NCBI GenBank assembly: GCA_039588015.1
Contig: JBDHAS010000002.1
Location: 1,638 to 65,637, forward strand
Length of the DNA stretch: 64,000 nt
Origin: Gemmatimonadota bacterium
Lineage (GTDB): Bacteria > Gemmatimonadota > Gemmatimonadetes > Palauibacterales > KS3-K002
Reading direction: 5' to 3'
This document shows, piece after piece, positions 7,815 through 19,241 of the stretch. The notes below the pieces were generated by a model. It saw only the letters and a program-made list of their open reading frames with translations, was not told where the DNA came from and did no database searches. Position 1 is the stretch's first letter. Each line of letters starts with the position of its first letter. A program made the position numbers and the translations under genes.

Positions 7815-10472
7815 ATGATGCGACGGCTGAATCTCTTCCCGCACCGTGAGATCGAGCGGGACATCGATGAGGAACTCGAGTATCACCTCGAGAGCCGAAT
7901 CCGGGATCACATCGCCGCCGGGATGACGCCTAGTGAGGCGCGCGAGGAAGCGGAACGCCGCTTCGGCGACGCGAACGCCGTGCGCAGAGCATGTCAGCGC
8001 ATCGGGATGGAGCGCGTCCGCGCCCAACGGAGAGCAGAGATGATAGATCAGCTGAGACAAGACGGGTCGTACGCCCTCCGGACTCTGACGAAGCGACCCG
8101 GCTTCGTGGCGGTTGCCGTACTCACCCTGGCGCTTGGCATCGGGGGTACAACCGCGCTGTTCAGCGTGGTCGACGGTGTACTTCTTCGCCCGCTCGCCTT
8201 TCCCGACCCCGAACGATTGGCGCTTCTGTGGGGCGTGGAATCGGGCATGAAGTCGGGTAGCAGCGCCACCTCGTATCCGGACTACGTCGATATCAAAGCG
8301 GGCCAGAAGTCGTTCGAGGCGATGGCCACCTGGTCGAACTGGCAGCTGACCGTGACCGGCACGGATCTCGAACCCACACGCGTGCCGGCATCGTGGATCT
8401 CTCGCGACCTGCTCCCGCTGCTCGGCGTGAGCCCGATCTTGGGAAGGAACTTCCTCCCCGAAGAGGATCGTGTGGGCGGGGAGCCGGTTGTGATCCTGGC
8501 TCACGGGTTCTGGACGAGCCGGTTCGCTTCCGGTCCGAATGTGATCGGCCGCACCGTGATGCTGGATGGCAGAGCCCACACCGTGGTCGGTGTCCTGCCC
8601 TCTGGCTTCAACTGGGGCACATCAGGCGGTTCGCAACTGTTTCTGCCATCCGAGCCAATTCACTCCGAGCGCAGTCGCGGCCAACACAACCTTCTCGTGA
8701 TCGGCCGCCTGAAACCGGGCGTCACTCTGGAGGCAGCGGAGGCAGACGTCATAACGATAGCCGCCTACCTGGAGGAAGCGTATCCGGAATGGAACACCGG
8801 TCGTAGCGCGGAACTGCAACCGCTGCGTGAGGCGGTCGTGGGGAATGTGCGACCGGCGCTGCTGATGCTCTTTGGAGCGGTCGTCCTAGTCTTGCTGATC
8901 GTGTGCGCCAACGTTGCAAATCTGACCCTCGCGCGTGCGACCGGGCGAGCGAACGAGGTGGCGATTCGCACCGCACTCGGAGCGGGCCGCAGCCGCCTGG
9001 TCCGCCAACTCCTCACCGAGAGCTTGCTACTAGCCTTGTTCGGCGGCGCGGTCGGGATACTCATAGCGCGCGGCGGAATCGGGCTTCTCAAGTCGATCGG
9101 GCCGGCCAGTGTCCCACGACTGAGCGGCGTCGCGATCGACATGCGCGTGGCGGTGTTCGCCCTCGCGGTCACCGCGTTAACGGGCGTGTTGTTCGGTTTG
9201 GTGCCGGCGCTTCAGTCCTCGAAAACCGACCTTCAGACCTCTCTCAAGGAAGGGGGACGCACTTCGGCGCAGGGAGGTGGCCGACCACGGCTGCGACAGC
9301 TTCTCGTGGTGTCCGAGATGGCGCTGGCCGTCGTGTTGGTGGTCGGGGCCGCGTTGTTCGTCAACTCATTCCTACGCCTACAGCGAGTCGATGCGGGGTT
9401 CACCCAAGAGAACGTGCTGATCGCCCCCATCGCGCTGCCGGAATCGAAGTATCCATTCGAAGACTGGCGCCGCGGAGTGGCCTTCTTCGACGCTCTGATC
9501 GAGCGAGTCGAAGCGCTACCTGGCGTCGAGTCGGCGGCACTGGGGTATCGTCATCCGCTCGACGGCGGTTGGGAAACGAGCTTCCAGATCAGAGGCCTGC
9601 TTGAGCTACCGCAAGGCGAGCGACCCGAGGCGCGGATACGACCTGTCACGCCCGGCTACTTCGAAACGGTCGGTATCCCGATCCTCAAAGGGCGCGCGTT
9701 CACCGACCGCGACATGGTCGATGCGCCCGGGGTCGTGATAGTCAACGACGCGTTCGCAAAAACCTTTCTTCCCGATGAGGATCCGATCGGACACCGCCTG
9801 ATCAAAGGCGCCTGGTGGCCGGAACGGCCCGGCGAATGGGAAATCGTCGGGGTGGTTGGCGACGTGAAGATGGACGGCCTCGCACAGACCACGCCCTGGG
9901 CGATGTACTTTCCGTATGGTCAGTGGCCGTTCAACGACATGAACCTCATAGTCCGCGCTTCTGGCGAATCTCTGGCCCTTACCGGGTCCATACGCCAACA
10001 GGTCTGGTCGCTAGACGGCGACGTGCCGGTGGAGACCTTTCAGACCCTAAGACAGATACGTACGCGATCGGTGGCCCCTCAGCGCTTCCAGACCATGTTG
10101 CTCGGTTTGTTTGCCGCCTTGGCGCTCGGTCTCGCCGCGGTCGGTATCTACGGCGTCCTGTCCTACACGGTCACACAACGCACGGCCGAGATCGGCGTGC
10201 GCATGTCGCTCGGCGCCGATACCGGCGACATACTTCGCATCGTAGTCGCCCAAGGGATGAAGTTGTCGCTGCTCGGTTTGCTGCTCGGCTTGGCCGGCGC
10301 TCTCGCAGCGACGCGGTTGATCGCCGGGTTGATCTTCGGAGTGAGCCCCACCGACCCTGGGACCTTCGCGGCCGTCGCGGGCTTGCTGTTTCTGACGGGG
10401 CTCGGCGCCTGCGCTCTCCCGGCGCTGCGCGCGAGTCGTGTGGACCCCGTGATTGCGCTGCGAACCGAGTAG
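7815..10472 (+). CDS. ADOP-type duplicated orphan ABC permease (MacB/FtsX x2)
   Basis: N-terminal IDEELEYHLE prefix domain, TLALGIGGTTALFS, LLIVCANVANL, EIGVRMSLGA and C-terminal RASRVDPVIALR. Confidence 0.93.
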   Translation: MMRRLNLFPHREIERDIDEELEYHLESRIRDHIAAGMTPSEAREEAERRFGDANAVRRACQRIGMERVRAQRRAEMIDQLRQDGSYALRTLTKRPGFVAVAVLTLALGIGGTTALFSVVDGVLLRPLAFPDPERLALLWGVESGMKSGSSATSYPDYVDIKAGQKSFEAMATWSNWQLTVTGTDLEPTRVPASWISRDLLPLLGVSPILGRNFLPEEDRVGGEPVVILAHGFWTSRFASGPNVIGRTVMLDGRAHTVVGVLPSGFNWGTSGGSQLFLPSEPIHSERSRGQHNLLVIGRLKPGVTLEAAEADVITIAAYLEEAYPEWNTGRSAELQPLREAVVGNVRPALLMLFGAVVLVLLIVCANVANLTLARATGRANEVAIRTALGAGRSRLVRQLLTESLLLALFGGAVGILIARGGIGLLKSIGPASVPRLSGVAIDMRVAVFALAVTALTGVLFGLVPALQSSKTDLQTSLKEGGRTSAQGGGRPRLRQLLVVSEMALAVVLVVGAALFVNSFLRLQRVDAGFTQENVLIAPIALPESKYPFEDWRRGVAFFDALIERVEALPGVESAALGYRHPLDGGWETSFQIRGLLELPQGERPEARIRPVTPGYFETVGIPILKGRAFTDRDMVDAPGVVIVNDAFAKTFLPDEDPIGHRLIKGAWWPERPGEWEIVGVVGDVKMDGLAQTTPWAMYFPYGQWPFNDMNLIVRASGESLALTGSIRQQVWSLDGDVPVETFQTLRQIRTRSVAPQRFQTMLLGLFAALALGLAAVGIYGVLSYTVTQRTAEIGVRMSLGADTGDILRIVVAQGMKLSLLGLLLGLAGALAATRLIAGLIFGVSPTDPGTFAAVAGLLFLTGLGACALPALRASRVDPVIALRTE

Positions 10473-10498
10473 AGCGCCGGCTTCGGCCGCGTCGCCCG

Positions 10499-11290
10499 CT
10501 ATTCCGAGCGCGGTTTCAGCGCGGTCATCATGACCGCCTTGACGCCATAGGCTTCCGCTGCGTTTTGCGTCGACTCTTTGCGGAACCGGAACCCCGGGAC
10601 TACGGCCGATCGCACCTTTGTGAAACCGGTCTCTTCCAGCAGCTTGAACATCTCTCCTTCCAGGAGAGCTCCTCCGATTCAACTCGCCCAGAGCTTGGGA
10701 TCGTTCACGATTGACTGTGACAGCTGTTTGGCACTCACGATGTCGGTGATCGAGATCCGACCGCCCGGCTTCAGCACCCGATACACTTCCTGCACTACCC
10801 GGCGCTTGCGAAACGAGAGGTTAATCACGCCGTTCGATATCACCACATCCGCCGCGGCATCCGGGAGCGGGATATCCTCCATGCGACCTTCGTGGCATTC
10901 CAGCTGCGTACCTGTCGCCGACGCGTGAGCTTGCGCTTTCAGGCACATGGCTGGGTTCAGGTCCACGCCGATGACCTTCCCCGTCGGGCCGACGCTCCAG
11001 GACGCGATAATCGAGTCGAGTCCGGCCCCGCTCCCCAGATCGAGCACCGTCTCACCCGGCTGGACGTCGCTGCGCTCGTGCGGGTTCCCTACCCCGGCGA
11101 ACGAGGCAACGGCGCCCGGAGGCGCGCGGTCGAGCCAGTCAGGCGAGTACCCGAACAGTTCCGCCGCCTCGCGGCCGTGGAAGAAATGGAACTCGCCCTC
11201 CGGGTTGTCGGCGACATCCTCGTACATGCGGATGATCTCGTCCTTCAGCACGGCCTCCAGGGACGCTTGTGCGTCGACGGCATCGGTCAT
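10499..11290 (-). CDS. ArsM/AS3MT-like SAM methyltransferase, probable selenoprotein (Sec204, 263 aa)
   Basis: VLDLGSGAGLD and VISNGVINL motifs. TGA at 10681-10679 sits in LWAS-U-IGGAL, the Cys position of ArsM WxGCxxGA. The frame stays open for 59 more sense codons to TAG at 10499, and a SECIS-like hairpin follows the UGA. Confidence 0.88.
10652..10668 (-). promoter_or_regulatory. Putative bacterial SECIS of the methyltransferase
   Basis: CUCUCC-UGGAA-GGAGAG begins at position +11 after the UGA, with G in the apical loop. Confidence 0.7.
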
Positions 11291-11323
11291 GACCTGACTC
11301 CTTGCGGATGGGTTTCTAGATCG

Positions 11324-11959
11324 CTAGCGACTGAAAGCCACAATTCGCCAGACTAGCGTTTCGGATACCAATGTCCTCTTCAGTCCATCGCCCACGAGCA
11401 ACTCCTCGATACGAGCCACCGAGTGGACATAGGTGCGAAACGGGTTGGACCGAATCCGCCTGACGAGGTTCTCCGCCGCCATGACAGCTCTTACATACCA
11501 TCTATCGCGTGGATAGCTGGCCACGAACATTCGCCGACTCTTGGTGACGGCCGCCTGAACCAGCGGCTCCATATTCGCGTAGCAGCAGATGACTCGGTCC
11601 AATGTGACAACGTCGGCCGCTTCCAATTCTCCCGCAATATCGGTCACATCTCCGAGCACGAATCGAACACGCCCTTCGTGACCGCGGCGCTCCGATTCTC
11701 TCGTGGCCGCCTCCAGGTAGGCCTGCGCGGCTTCGACGTGGACCGCCGTGGCGACTCTGTCGGAAAGAAGCTCGTGGTGGATTACACCGACGCCGGCCCC
11801 TATGTCCAACAACGCCGCCCCATCCATGGCGCCGCGCTTGACCGCGTCGATGATCAACCGCGTAGTCTTGTCGGGACCTTTGCGTGCGTAGCGCTCGAGA
11901 TCCCGCTGGGCGATCGCTCTCGAGAACTGCTGGTCGATACCGGAGATGCAACAAGTCAC
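11324..11959 (-). CDS. Class I SAM methyltransferase (BchM/ChlM-like fold)
   Basis: LLDIGAGVG and ADVVTLDRVICCY motifs. Likely GTG start giving M-TCC; ends 33 bp upstream of the Sec methyltransferase. Confidence 0.85.
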   Translation of the reverse strand: MTCCISGIDQQFSRAIAQRDLERYARKGPDKTTRLIIDAVKRGAMDGAALLDIGAGVGVIHHELLSDRVATAVHVEAAQAYLEAATRESERRGHEGRVRFVLGDVTDIAGELEAADVVTLDRVICCYANMEPLVQAAVTKSRRMFVASYPRDRWYVRAVMAAENLVRRIRSNPFRTYVHSVARIEELLVGDGLKRTLVSETLVWRIVAFSR

Positions 11960-12231
11960 AGGCCACCCGCCTCGCATGCCCGAATAGTCTGAGCCGGCGT
12001 TTGGCGCCACCACAGCGTCAACGCAACCTGTGACGGCGACGAGGAGCTGGAACTGACAGCAGAGGGCCCGCCAACAGAGCGGTGCGCCGAGCGCTTTGTC
12101 AACCCCAAAACGTCTCTCGCACGCGGTAGTTCCTCCAAGACCGACCGAGTCATCGAGTTGGAAAGTTCGAGTCCGCGCATCGCCCTCGCACAGACTGGCG
12201 CGGTTCGGCTGGAGCACTAGCTTGCCAGGCC

Positions 12232-13188
12232 ATGGAGGAAGTCAGTCGCCAACTGATCGAGCACGGCTACCTGGTTCTCTTTGCGTGGGTGCTCCTTGAC
12301 CAGGCGGGGTTTCCGATCCCCTCCGCGCCGCTTCTTCTGGCGGCGGGCGCTCTCTCGGGCCTTGGTGAGCTGAATCTCGCTTCTGTTCTTGTAATCGCGA
12401 TTGCTGCCGCGCTTCCGGGGAACCTCCTGCTCTACGAGATCGGGCGGCGCCGCGGTGGCCCGGTACTCAAATTCGCCTGTCGTGTTTCCCTCGAGCCCGA
12501 TTCGTGTGTCCGCCGCACAGAGCAGCTGTTTGCCCTTCACGGGGCGCGCGCGATCCTGTTCGCTCGATTCATCCCCGCTCTCGAGACGGTGGCCCCGGCG
12601 CTCGCCGGAGTCTTCAGGATGCGTTTCGGCTCCTTCTTGCTCTACTCGATATCGGGCACGCTCATCTGGTCCTTCGCCTTTGTCGGTCTGGGATACCTGC
12701 TCGACGAGCAGCTGGTGCAAGTTTCACAGCTGGCGGCGCGGCTAGGCGACGGGCTGCTCGCTCTACTCGCCGGCCCCCTAGTAGGCTACCTGGCAGTGAA
12801 GTACGTGCGCCGGCAGCGCTTTATCCGGGCCCTGGACGTCTCACGCATCTCACCAGAAGACCTCAAGCAGAAGCTCGACGCGGGTGAGGAGATAGACATC
12901 GTTGATCTGCGACACGCGCTGGATTTCGCGGCGCAGCACGAGACTATCCCGGGGGCCATCCACATACCTGTGGAGGACCTCGACGCGCGGCATGAGGAGA
13001 TCCCTCGAAACCGCGAGACCGTGCTCTACTGTACTTGACCCAACGAAGCGTCGAGTGCCCGGGTGGCGCTCCTCCTCAGACAACACGGCATAAGAGTTAG
13101 ACCGCTTGCCGGAGGCCTCGACGCCTGGCGGCGGCGCGGCTACCCGCTGGCGCGGCACGACCCGCCCGAGCACACAGAGACCGAATAA
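12232..13188 (+). CDS. DedA(VTT)-rhodanese fusion, probable selenoprotein (Sec269, 318 aa)
   Basis: DedA motifs GFPIPS and FARFIP. The rhodanese domain is split at TGA 13036-38: VLYCT-U-PNEASSARVA..VRPLAGGLDAWRRRGYP, ending at TAA 13186-88. Confidence 0.9.
13053..13071 (+). promoter_or_regulatory. Putative bacterial SECIS of DedA-rhodanese
   Basis: 7-bp stem GAGUGCC-CGGGU-GGCGCUC starting at position +15 after the UGA, with a G-rich loop. Confidence 0.65.
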
Positions 13189-13227
13189 GCCGGTTCTTCC
13201 ACCCAAAATCGCCCATTCGATCATGCA

Positions 13228-13258
13228 CCTATCATGTTGGCCGTTTTGCCTATCATGT
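13228..13258 (+). repeat. Direct repeat CCTATCATGT x2, 21-bp period (candidate transcription-factor site)
   Basis: Exact copies at 13228-37 and 13249-58, with a partial copy at 13261, in the intergenic region. Confidence 0.55.
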
Positions 13259-13354
13259 AGCTATCAGGAGGTGCTTTCAGAGGAAACAGGCGGGAACCGT
13301 GTGCCGTAATGACGGTTAGAGTTGATAGTCGCTTACTAGAGAAGAGGTTGATCT

Positions 13355-13906
13355 ATGTTCATCAAGGTTCTTGTACGTTCTATAACACTCGCTGTCGTGG
13401 CCGCCGTCCTCGTTGCGGGCGCGCCGCGCGTTATCACGTTCGACGGTTCCCTACACGATTCCGCGGTGGTGGAGGCGATGGTCGAGTCGCAGATCGCGGC
13501 CGGCGACGGCTTCATGCAGAGCAGAGAGTTCGGTTCGGCCGAGGAGGCTTACGAGGTTGCCGCGACCCTCGACAGAGCCCGTGGCGTAATCCCGATCGAG
13601 GCGATGCGACGGACCGCGAATGCCCGTTTCTACCAGGGTAACTACGACGGAGCGGCTCAGGCGCTGGCCAATCTAGCTGTCGAGGCCGCAGCCGCCGGCG
13701 ACCGAGAGACCGAGTTCTGGGCGTCCGTAGACGCTTCCAATCTAGATCGCCTGGCCGGGGACGACGAAGGGCTGGAGCGGTGGATCACACGCGCGCAGTT
13801 ACTGGTCGATTCCGGAACGTTTTCAGAGGCGGAGCGGGATCAGCTGATACGGACTGCGACAAATAGCGACCTCAAGGTCTTCGCGCCGCATCTCGGCACC
13901 TGGTAG
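13355..13906 (+). CDS. Secreted helical/TPR-like hypothetical protein
   Basis: GAGG SD, N-terminal signal-like segment, Ala-rich helices (ANARFYQGNYDGAAQAL). Confidence 0.7.
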   Translation: MFIKVLVRSITLAVVAAVLVAGAPRVITFDGSLHDSAVVEAMVESQIAAGDGFMQSREFGSAEEAYEVAATLDRARGVIPIEAMRRTANARFYQGNYDGAAQALANLAVEAAAAGDRETEFWASVDASNLDRLAGDDEGLERWITRAQLLVDSGTFSEAERDQLIRTATNSDLKVFAPHLGTW

Positions 13907-13951
13907 GAAACTCAGCTCTCCACGGTAGCTTCCCGAAGCGCCCGAAGCTGT

Positions 13952-15647
<1,696 letters not shown>

Positions 15648-15651
15648 ATCC

Positions 15652-16671
15652 CTAGCGAAGGCCGACTCGATTCTCGACACGAAAGGCCGGCCTGATCTCG
15701 CCGACGATCTCGCCGAGCGTGTTGACCACCGGGGCAGTGCGTCGGTCGTCGAGCTCCTTCAGTTCGTCCGGGCTCAGCAGATCGAGATGTGCGAGGAACT
15801 CGATGACCGCCGGCCCCACGGCTCGCCTGTGGCCATCCTCGACCTTCAGCGCTACACCCCACCTTCTCTCGCGATCGCCGATGCAGTACACGGCTTCGGC
15901 ACCGAACTTCGCCAGAAGTCGGCCACCCGTCGTCTCCATCAGCCGGGTCGTCAGACGGCCGGTCCCTCCGACGTACCACGGTTGCTCGGTCATCGCCCGG
16001 GTTACGCGTCCGGCAGCGCTCGAAGGATCGCGTTCGGCGGCGGCAACGATGCGGGCGTAGGCGCCAGCCATGGCGTTCAACGGCTGCGCGAACGACGGCA
16101 CGCCGCAGCCGTCGACGCCCACCGGCAGCGCTTCGCACCTTTCGCCCGCCCAGTAGCCTATCTCCCGGCAGATGCGTCCCTGGACCGGGTGGCTGGAACG
16201 AATGTACCCCTTTGTCTCGACCCCCCGATGGCGAGACCAGGCGAGCATACCGGCATGCTTGCCCGAGCAGTTGTTGTGTGCGCGGGTTGGCGATTCCCCA
16301 TGTCGCCGAAGCAAGTCTGCGGCAGGCTTGTGGAAGGGCCAGTGCGCCCCGCACTCGAGGTCGTCTTCCGAACACCCGATCCGATTCAAAATCCTGAGGA
16401 CGGCCTCCACGTGAGCCGGCTCGCCTGAATGGGACGCGCAGGCCACGGCCAGCTCGGAGTCACTGAACTCGTACGCGTCCGCCGCACCATCGGCCACCAG
16501 AGGTATTGCCTGAAGTGGCTTGGCCGCCGACCGCAAGAAGGTCGGAAGCTCGGGATCACCGACCCATGCGACCAGCTCTCCTATCGCATCGACGACAGCC
16601 GCGGCAACGCGGTGCCTCGACTCAACCCGATCGCCACGCGTGATTTCGACAAAGGCCTCTTTAGTCCTCAA
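15652..16671 (-). CDS. L-asparaginase II (Rhizobium-type) family
   Basis: RSAAKPLQA, ACASHSGE, NNCSGKH, DGCG, AKFGAEA, KVEDG. Confidence 0.9.
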   Translation of the reverse strand: MRTKEAFVEITRGDRVESRHRVAAAVVDAIGELVAWVGDPELPTFLRSAAKPLQAIPLVADGAADAYEFSDSELAVACASHSGEPAHVEAVLRILNRIGCSEDDLECGAHWPFHKPAADLLRRHGESPTRAHNNCSGKHAGMLAWSRHRGVETKGYIRSSHPVQGRICREIGYWAGERCEALPVGVDGCGVPSFAQPLNAMAGAYARIVAAAERDPSSAAGRVTRAMTEQPWYVGGTGRLTTRLMETTGGRLLAKFGAEAVYCIGDRERRWGVALKVEDGHRRAVGPAVIEFLAHLDLLSPDELKELDDRRTAPVVNTLGEIVGEIRPAFRVENRVGLR

Positions 16672-16772
16672 GCACTCGCTCCCAGACGAGGGTCGCCATG
16701 TCCAGCAGGCTCGCGCCGATAGGTTCGCTCAGAACAGCCGGATTGGCAATACAGGTGCGAGACTCCCCGCCA

Positions 16773-17612
16773 TCAGCGGCTCAGCAAGCCGAGCAGGTTC
16801 GATACAAGGATCCGCAAGCCAAGCAGGAGGAAGACTACCGCGAACAGCCAGCGCAGGCCGCGCGTCGGCATACGCATCTGCGCCGCGGCACCGAGCGGCA
16901 CGGCTGCAAAAGCGCCAACGGCCAAAGCGAGGGCCGCCGGTATGTGGAAGTAATGAAGTGCGCCGGCGGACTCGTAGACCCCACTTGCAGCGAAGGTGAC
17001 GACGCCGGTCATCGCAGTGAAGGTGATCAAAGCCAAGGAAGTCCCCGTCACCTTCCTGATCGGTGTATTGAGCCCGTAGATGAGCACCGGTATCGCAACG
17101 AGACCGCCTCCGACGCCTAGAAGCGCGGAGAAGAAACCGACGGCGGCACCGCCGGCAAGCGCACGCCCAGTGTGCAACCTCCTCGTCTCATCGCCGTCCG
17201 GCTCCGTGCCCTTCTTCCCGAACACCAGCCGCATTGCAATGACGATCAGAAAGATGCCGAAGGCTACCTTCAGCAGGTTGCCCGGTGCGACCACCGCTGC
17301 ACGCGCACCGAGCACGGCTGTGACGACGCTCGCGATGCCCATCCGCCATACAGCGCCCCACTCCACCAGGCCGGCGCGGCTGTAGAGGAACGCGCCGCGG
17401 ATACTGATCGGCACAATGGTCAGCAGGCTCGTCGCGTGCGCTACGACCGCCTGCTGCTCGACCGGGATCTGAACGCCCGACCAGCCAGCATCGGCGAGAA
17501 AAAAATAGAGGAAGGGGACCATCACGGCCCCTCCCCCTATGCCTACCAATCCGGAAACTGCACCGGCCAGCAGCCCGACTGCTAGAGCCGCCAGCCAGCC
17601 GGTGACCGTCAT
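16773..17612 (-). CDS. TauE/SafE sulfite exporter family
   Basis: Duplicated GLVGIGGG / LLGVGGG motifs and multiple TM segments. Confidence 0.9.
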   Translation of the reverse strand: MTVTGWLAALAVGLLAGAVSGLVGIGGGAVMVPFLYFFLADAGWSGVQIPVEQQAVVAHATSLLTIVPISIRGAFLYSRAGLVEWGAVWRMGIASVVTAVLGARAAVVAPGNLLKVAFGIFLIVIAMRLVFGKKGTEPDGDETRRLHTGRALAGGAAVGFFSALLGVGGGLVAIPVLIYGLNTPIRKVTGTSLALITFTAMTGVVTFAASGVYESAGALHYFHIPAALALAVGAFAAVPLGAAAQMRMPTRGLRWLFAVVFLLLGLRILVSNLLGLLSR

Positions 17613-17621
17613 CCGGGCTCC

Positions 17622-19241
17622 TTATTGCTCGCGAGCTACCGCCCGCTCGTCACCTTCCCAAGTCTCGGCTAGCGCGAACAGGTGGTTCTGCGACCGGACC
17701 CCGCGCAGTAGGTCTGCCCCCGTCTCAACCTGTCGATCCAACACGAGGCGGCGCCGCAAGGAAGACACCTCGTCGAACGCCACCGTCGCCAGCTGGATGC
17801 CCAGCTCTCGCTCTATGACACGGCGCGAACCCTCGTACAGCTCCGGATCGAGCTCGATGCCTGAGTCAACCGCCCAAGCGTAGAGATCCCGAGTCATCCC
17901 CGCGTCGACGACGAAATCTTCTTTCATGTCCGGATGCGCGTCCACATACGCGACAGCGAAGCGGAATACGGCATCGTAGTACTCGGCGGCCTGCTCGCCC
18001 AAGCTGCTGCGGAACTCGCGCTCGACATCGGTCAAGGGCTCGCCCTGAACGACGAGGTCCGGATTGATGCCGCCGCCGCCGAAGACTTCGCGGCCGGAGT
18101 CGGTGTAGTAGACCTCGCCTGCCGACGCCGACTGTCCCTCGGGCGAAACAGTGGGATCACGCATCGCGATCATCTGAGGATGATCGCCCATTTCCCGGTG
18201 AATGGAACGGCCGCTCGGTGTATACCACTTGGCGGTCGTGATCTTGAGGTGGTAGCCGGAATTGGCAACCGGGTAGAGAGTCTGAACCGAGCCCTTCCCG
18301 AACGTCTGCACCCCAACGACGAGAGCCCGGTCGTGGTCCTGCAACGCGCCCGCAACGATCTCGGATGCGCTGGCCGAGAACCCGTCAACCAGCACGATGA
18401 CCGGCAGCTCCGGGTCGATCGGCGGGCGACTGGCGAAGTAGGTGTCATTCTGATCGACCACCCTCGACCGAGTCTGCACGACTTCGCTACCGCTCTCCAG
18501 GAACAGGTCGGACACAGCCACGCCTTCATCGAGCAATCCTCCCGGATTGCCGCGCAGGTCGAGCATCAGGCCCTGCATGCCCTCGCGTCTGAGAGCGTTA
18601 ACCGCAACCCTGATCTCGTCCGCAGAATTGGCGCTGAACTGCGTGTGCCGGATGTAGCCGATGCCGGGCTCGAGCATGAACGAGGTCACATAGTCTACAT
18701 GGATCTCATCGCGTTCGATCCGCACCGGGATCGGCTCGGGCACTCCGAGCCGGGCGATCTTGAGATCGACCTTCGTACCCTTGGGGCCTCGGAGAACCAT
18801 GACGGCCTTGTCGGGATTCCAGCCCCGCATCGACTCGCCGTCAACCTCGATCAGGCGGTCGCCGGGACGCAGGCCCACCCTCTCGGCAGGAGTGTTCGGC
18901 AAAGTCTGAACGACGGTAATCCACTCGTCCTTCTGGTCGATACGGATCCCGAGCCCTCCGTAATTGCCCGTAGTGGAGAGCCGCAAGTTCGAGTAGTCTT
19001 CAGGCCTCAGAAGCGTCGTATGAGGGTCACCGAGCTGTTGCAGCAACCCATCGATAGCCAGATCGTACAGCTCGGCGGGATCGACTTCGTCCACGTAGCG
19101 GTCGGCAATGGTCCTGAGAACGTTCTGAAAGACCCTGCTCTTTACGTAGATGTCTTCTTGCCCACCCTGCTGTAGTAGCCAGCCACCGCTGACGACGGCG
19201 ATGAGACCGATGACGGCTGGCTTCCAGAACGACTTTTTCAC
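17622..19241 (-). CDS. ctpA: S41 C-terminal processing protease
   Basis: PDZ GLGI, DLRGNPGG, SASASEI, TFGKGSVQ; GTG start after GGAGGAG. Confidence 0.93.
   Translation of the reverse strand: MKKSFWKPAVIGLIAVVSGGWLLQQGGQEDIYVKSRVFQNVLRTIADRYVDEVDPAELYDLAIDGLLQQLGDPHTTLLRPEDYSNLRLSTTGNYGGLGIRIDQKDEWITVVQTLPNTPAERVGLRPGDRLIEVDGESMRGWNPDKAVMVLRGPKGTKVDLKIARLGVPEPIPVRIERDEIHVDYVTSFMLEPGIGYIRHTQFSANSADEIRVAVNALRREGMQGLMLDLRGNPGGLLDEGVAVSDLFLESGSEVVQTRSRVVDQNDTYFASRPPIDPELPVIVLVDGFSASASEIVAGALQDHDRALVVGVQTFGKGSVQTLYPVANSGYHLKITTAKWYTPSGRSIHREMGDHPQMIAMRDPTVSPEGQSASAGEVYYTDSGREVFGGGGINPDLVVQGEPLTDVEREFRSSLGEQAAEYYDAVFRFAVAYVDAHPDMKEDFVVDAGMTRDLYAWAVDSGIELDPELYEGSRRVIERELGIQLATVAFDEVSSLRRRLVLDRQVETGADLLRGVRSQNHLFALAETWEGDERAVAREQ

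Noticed and set aside
12139-12152. AGACCGAC half-sites resembling the TetR operator (also at 7421)
   Set aside because: No complementary second arm.
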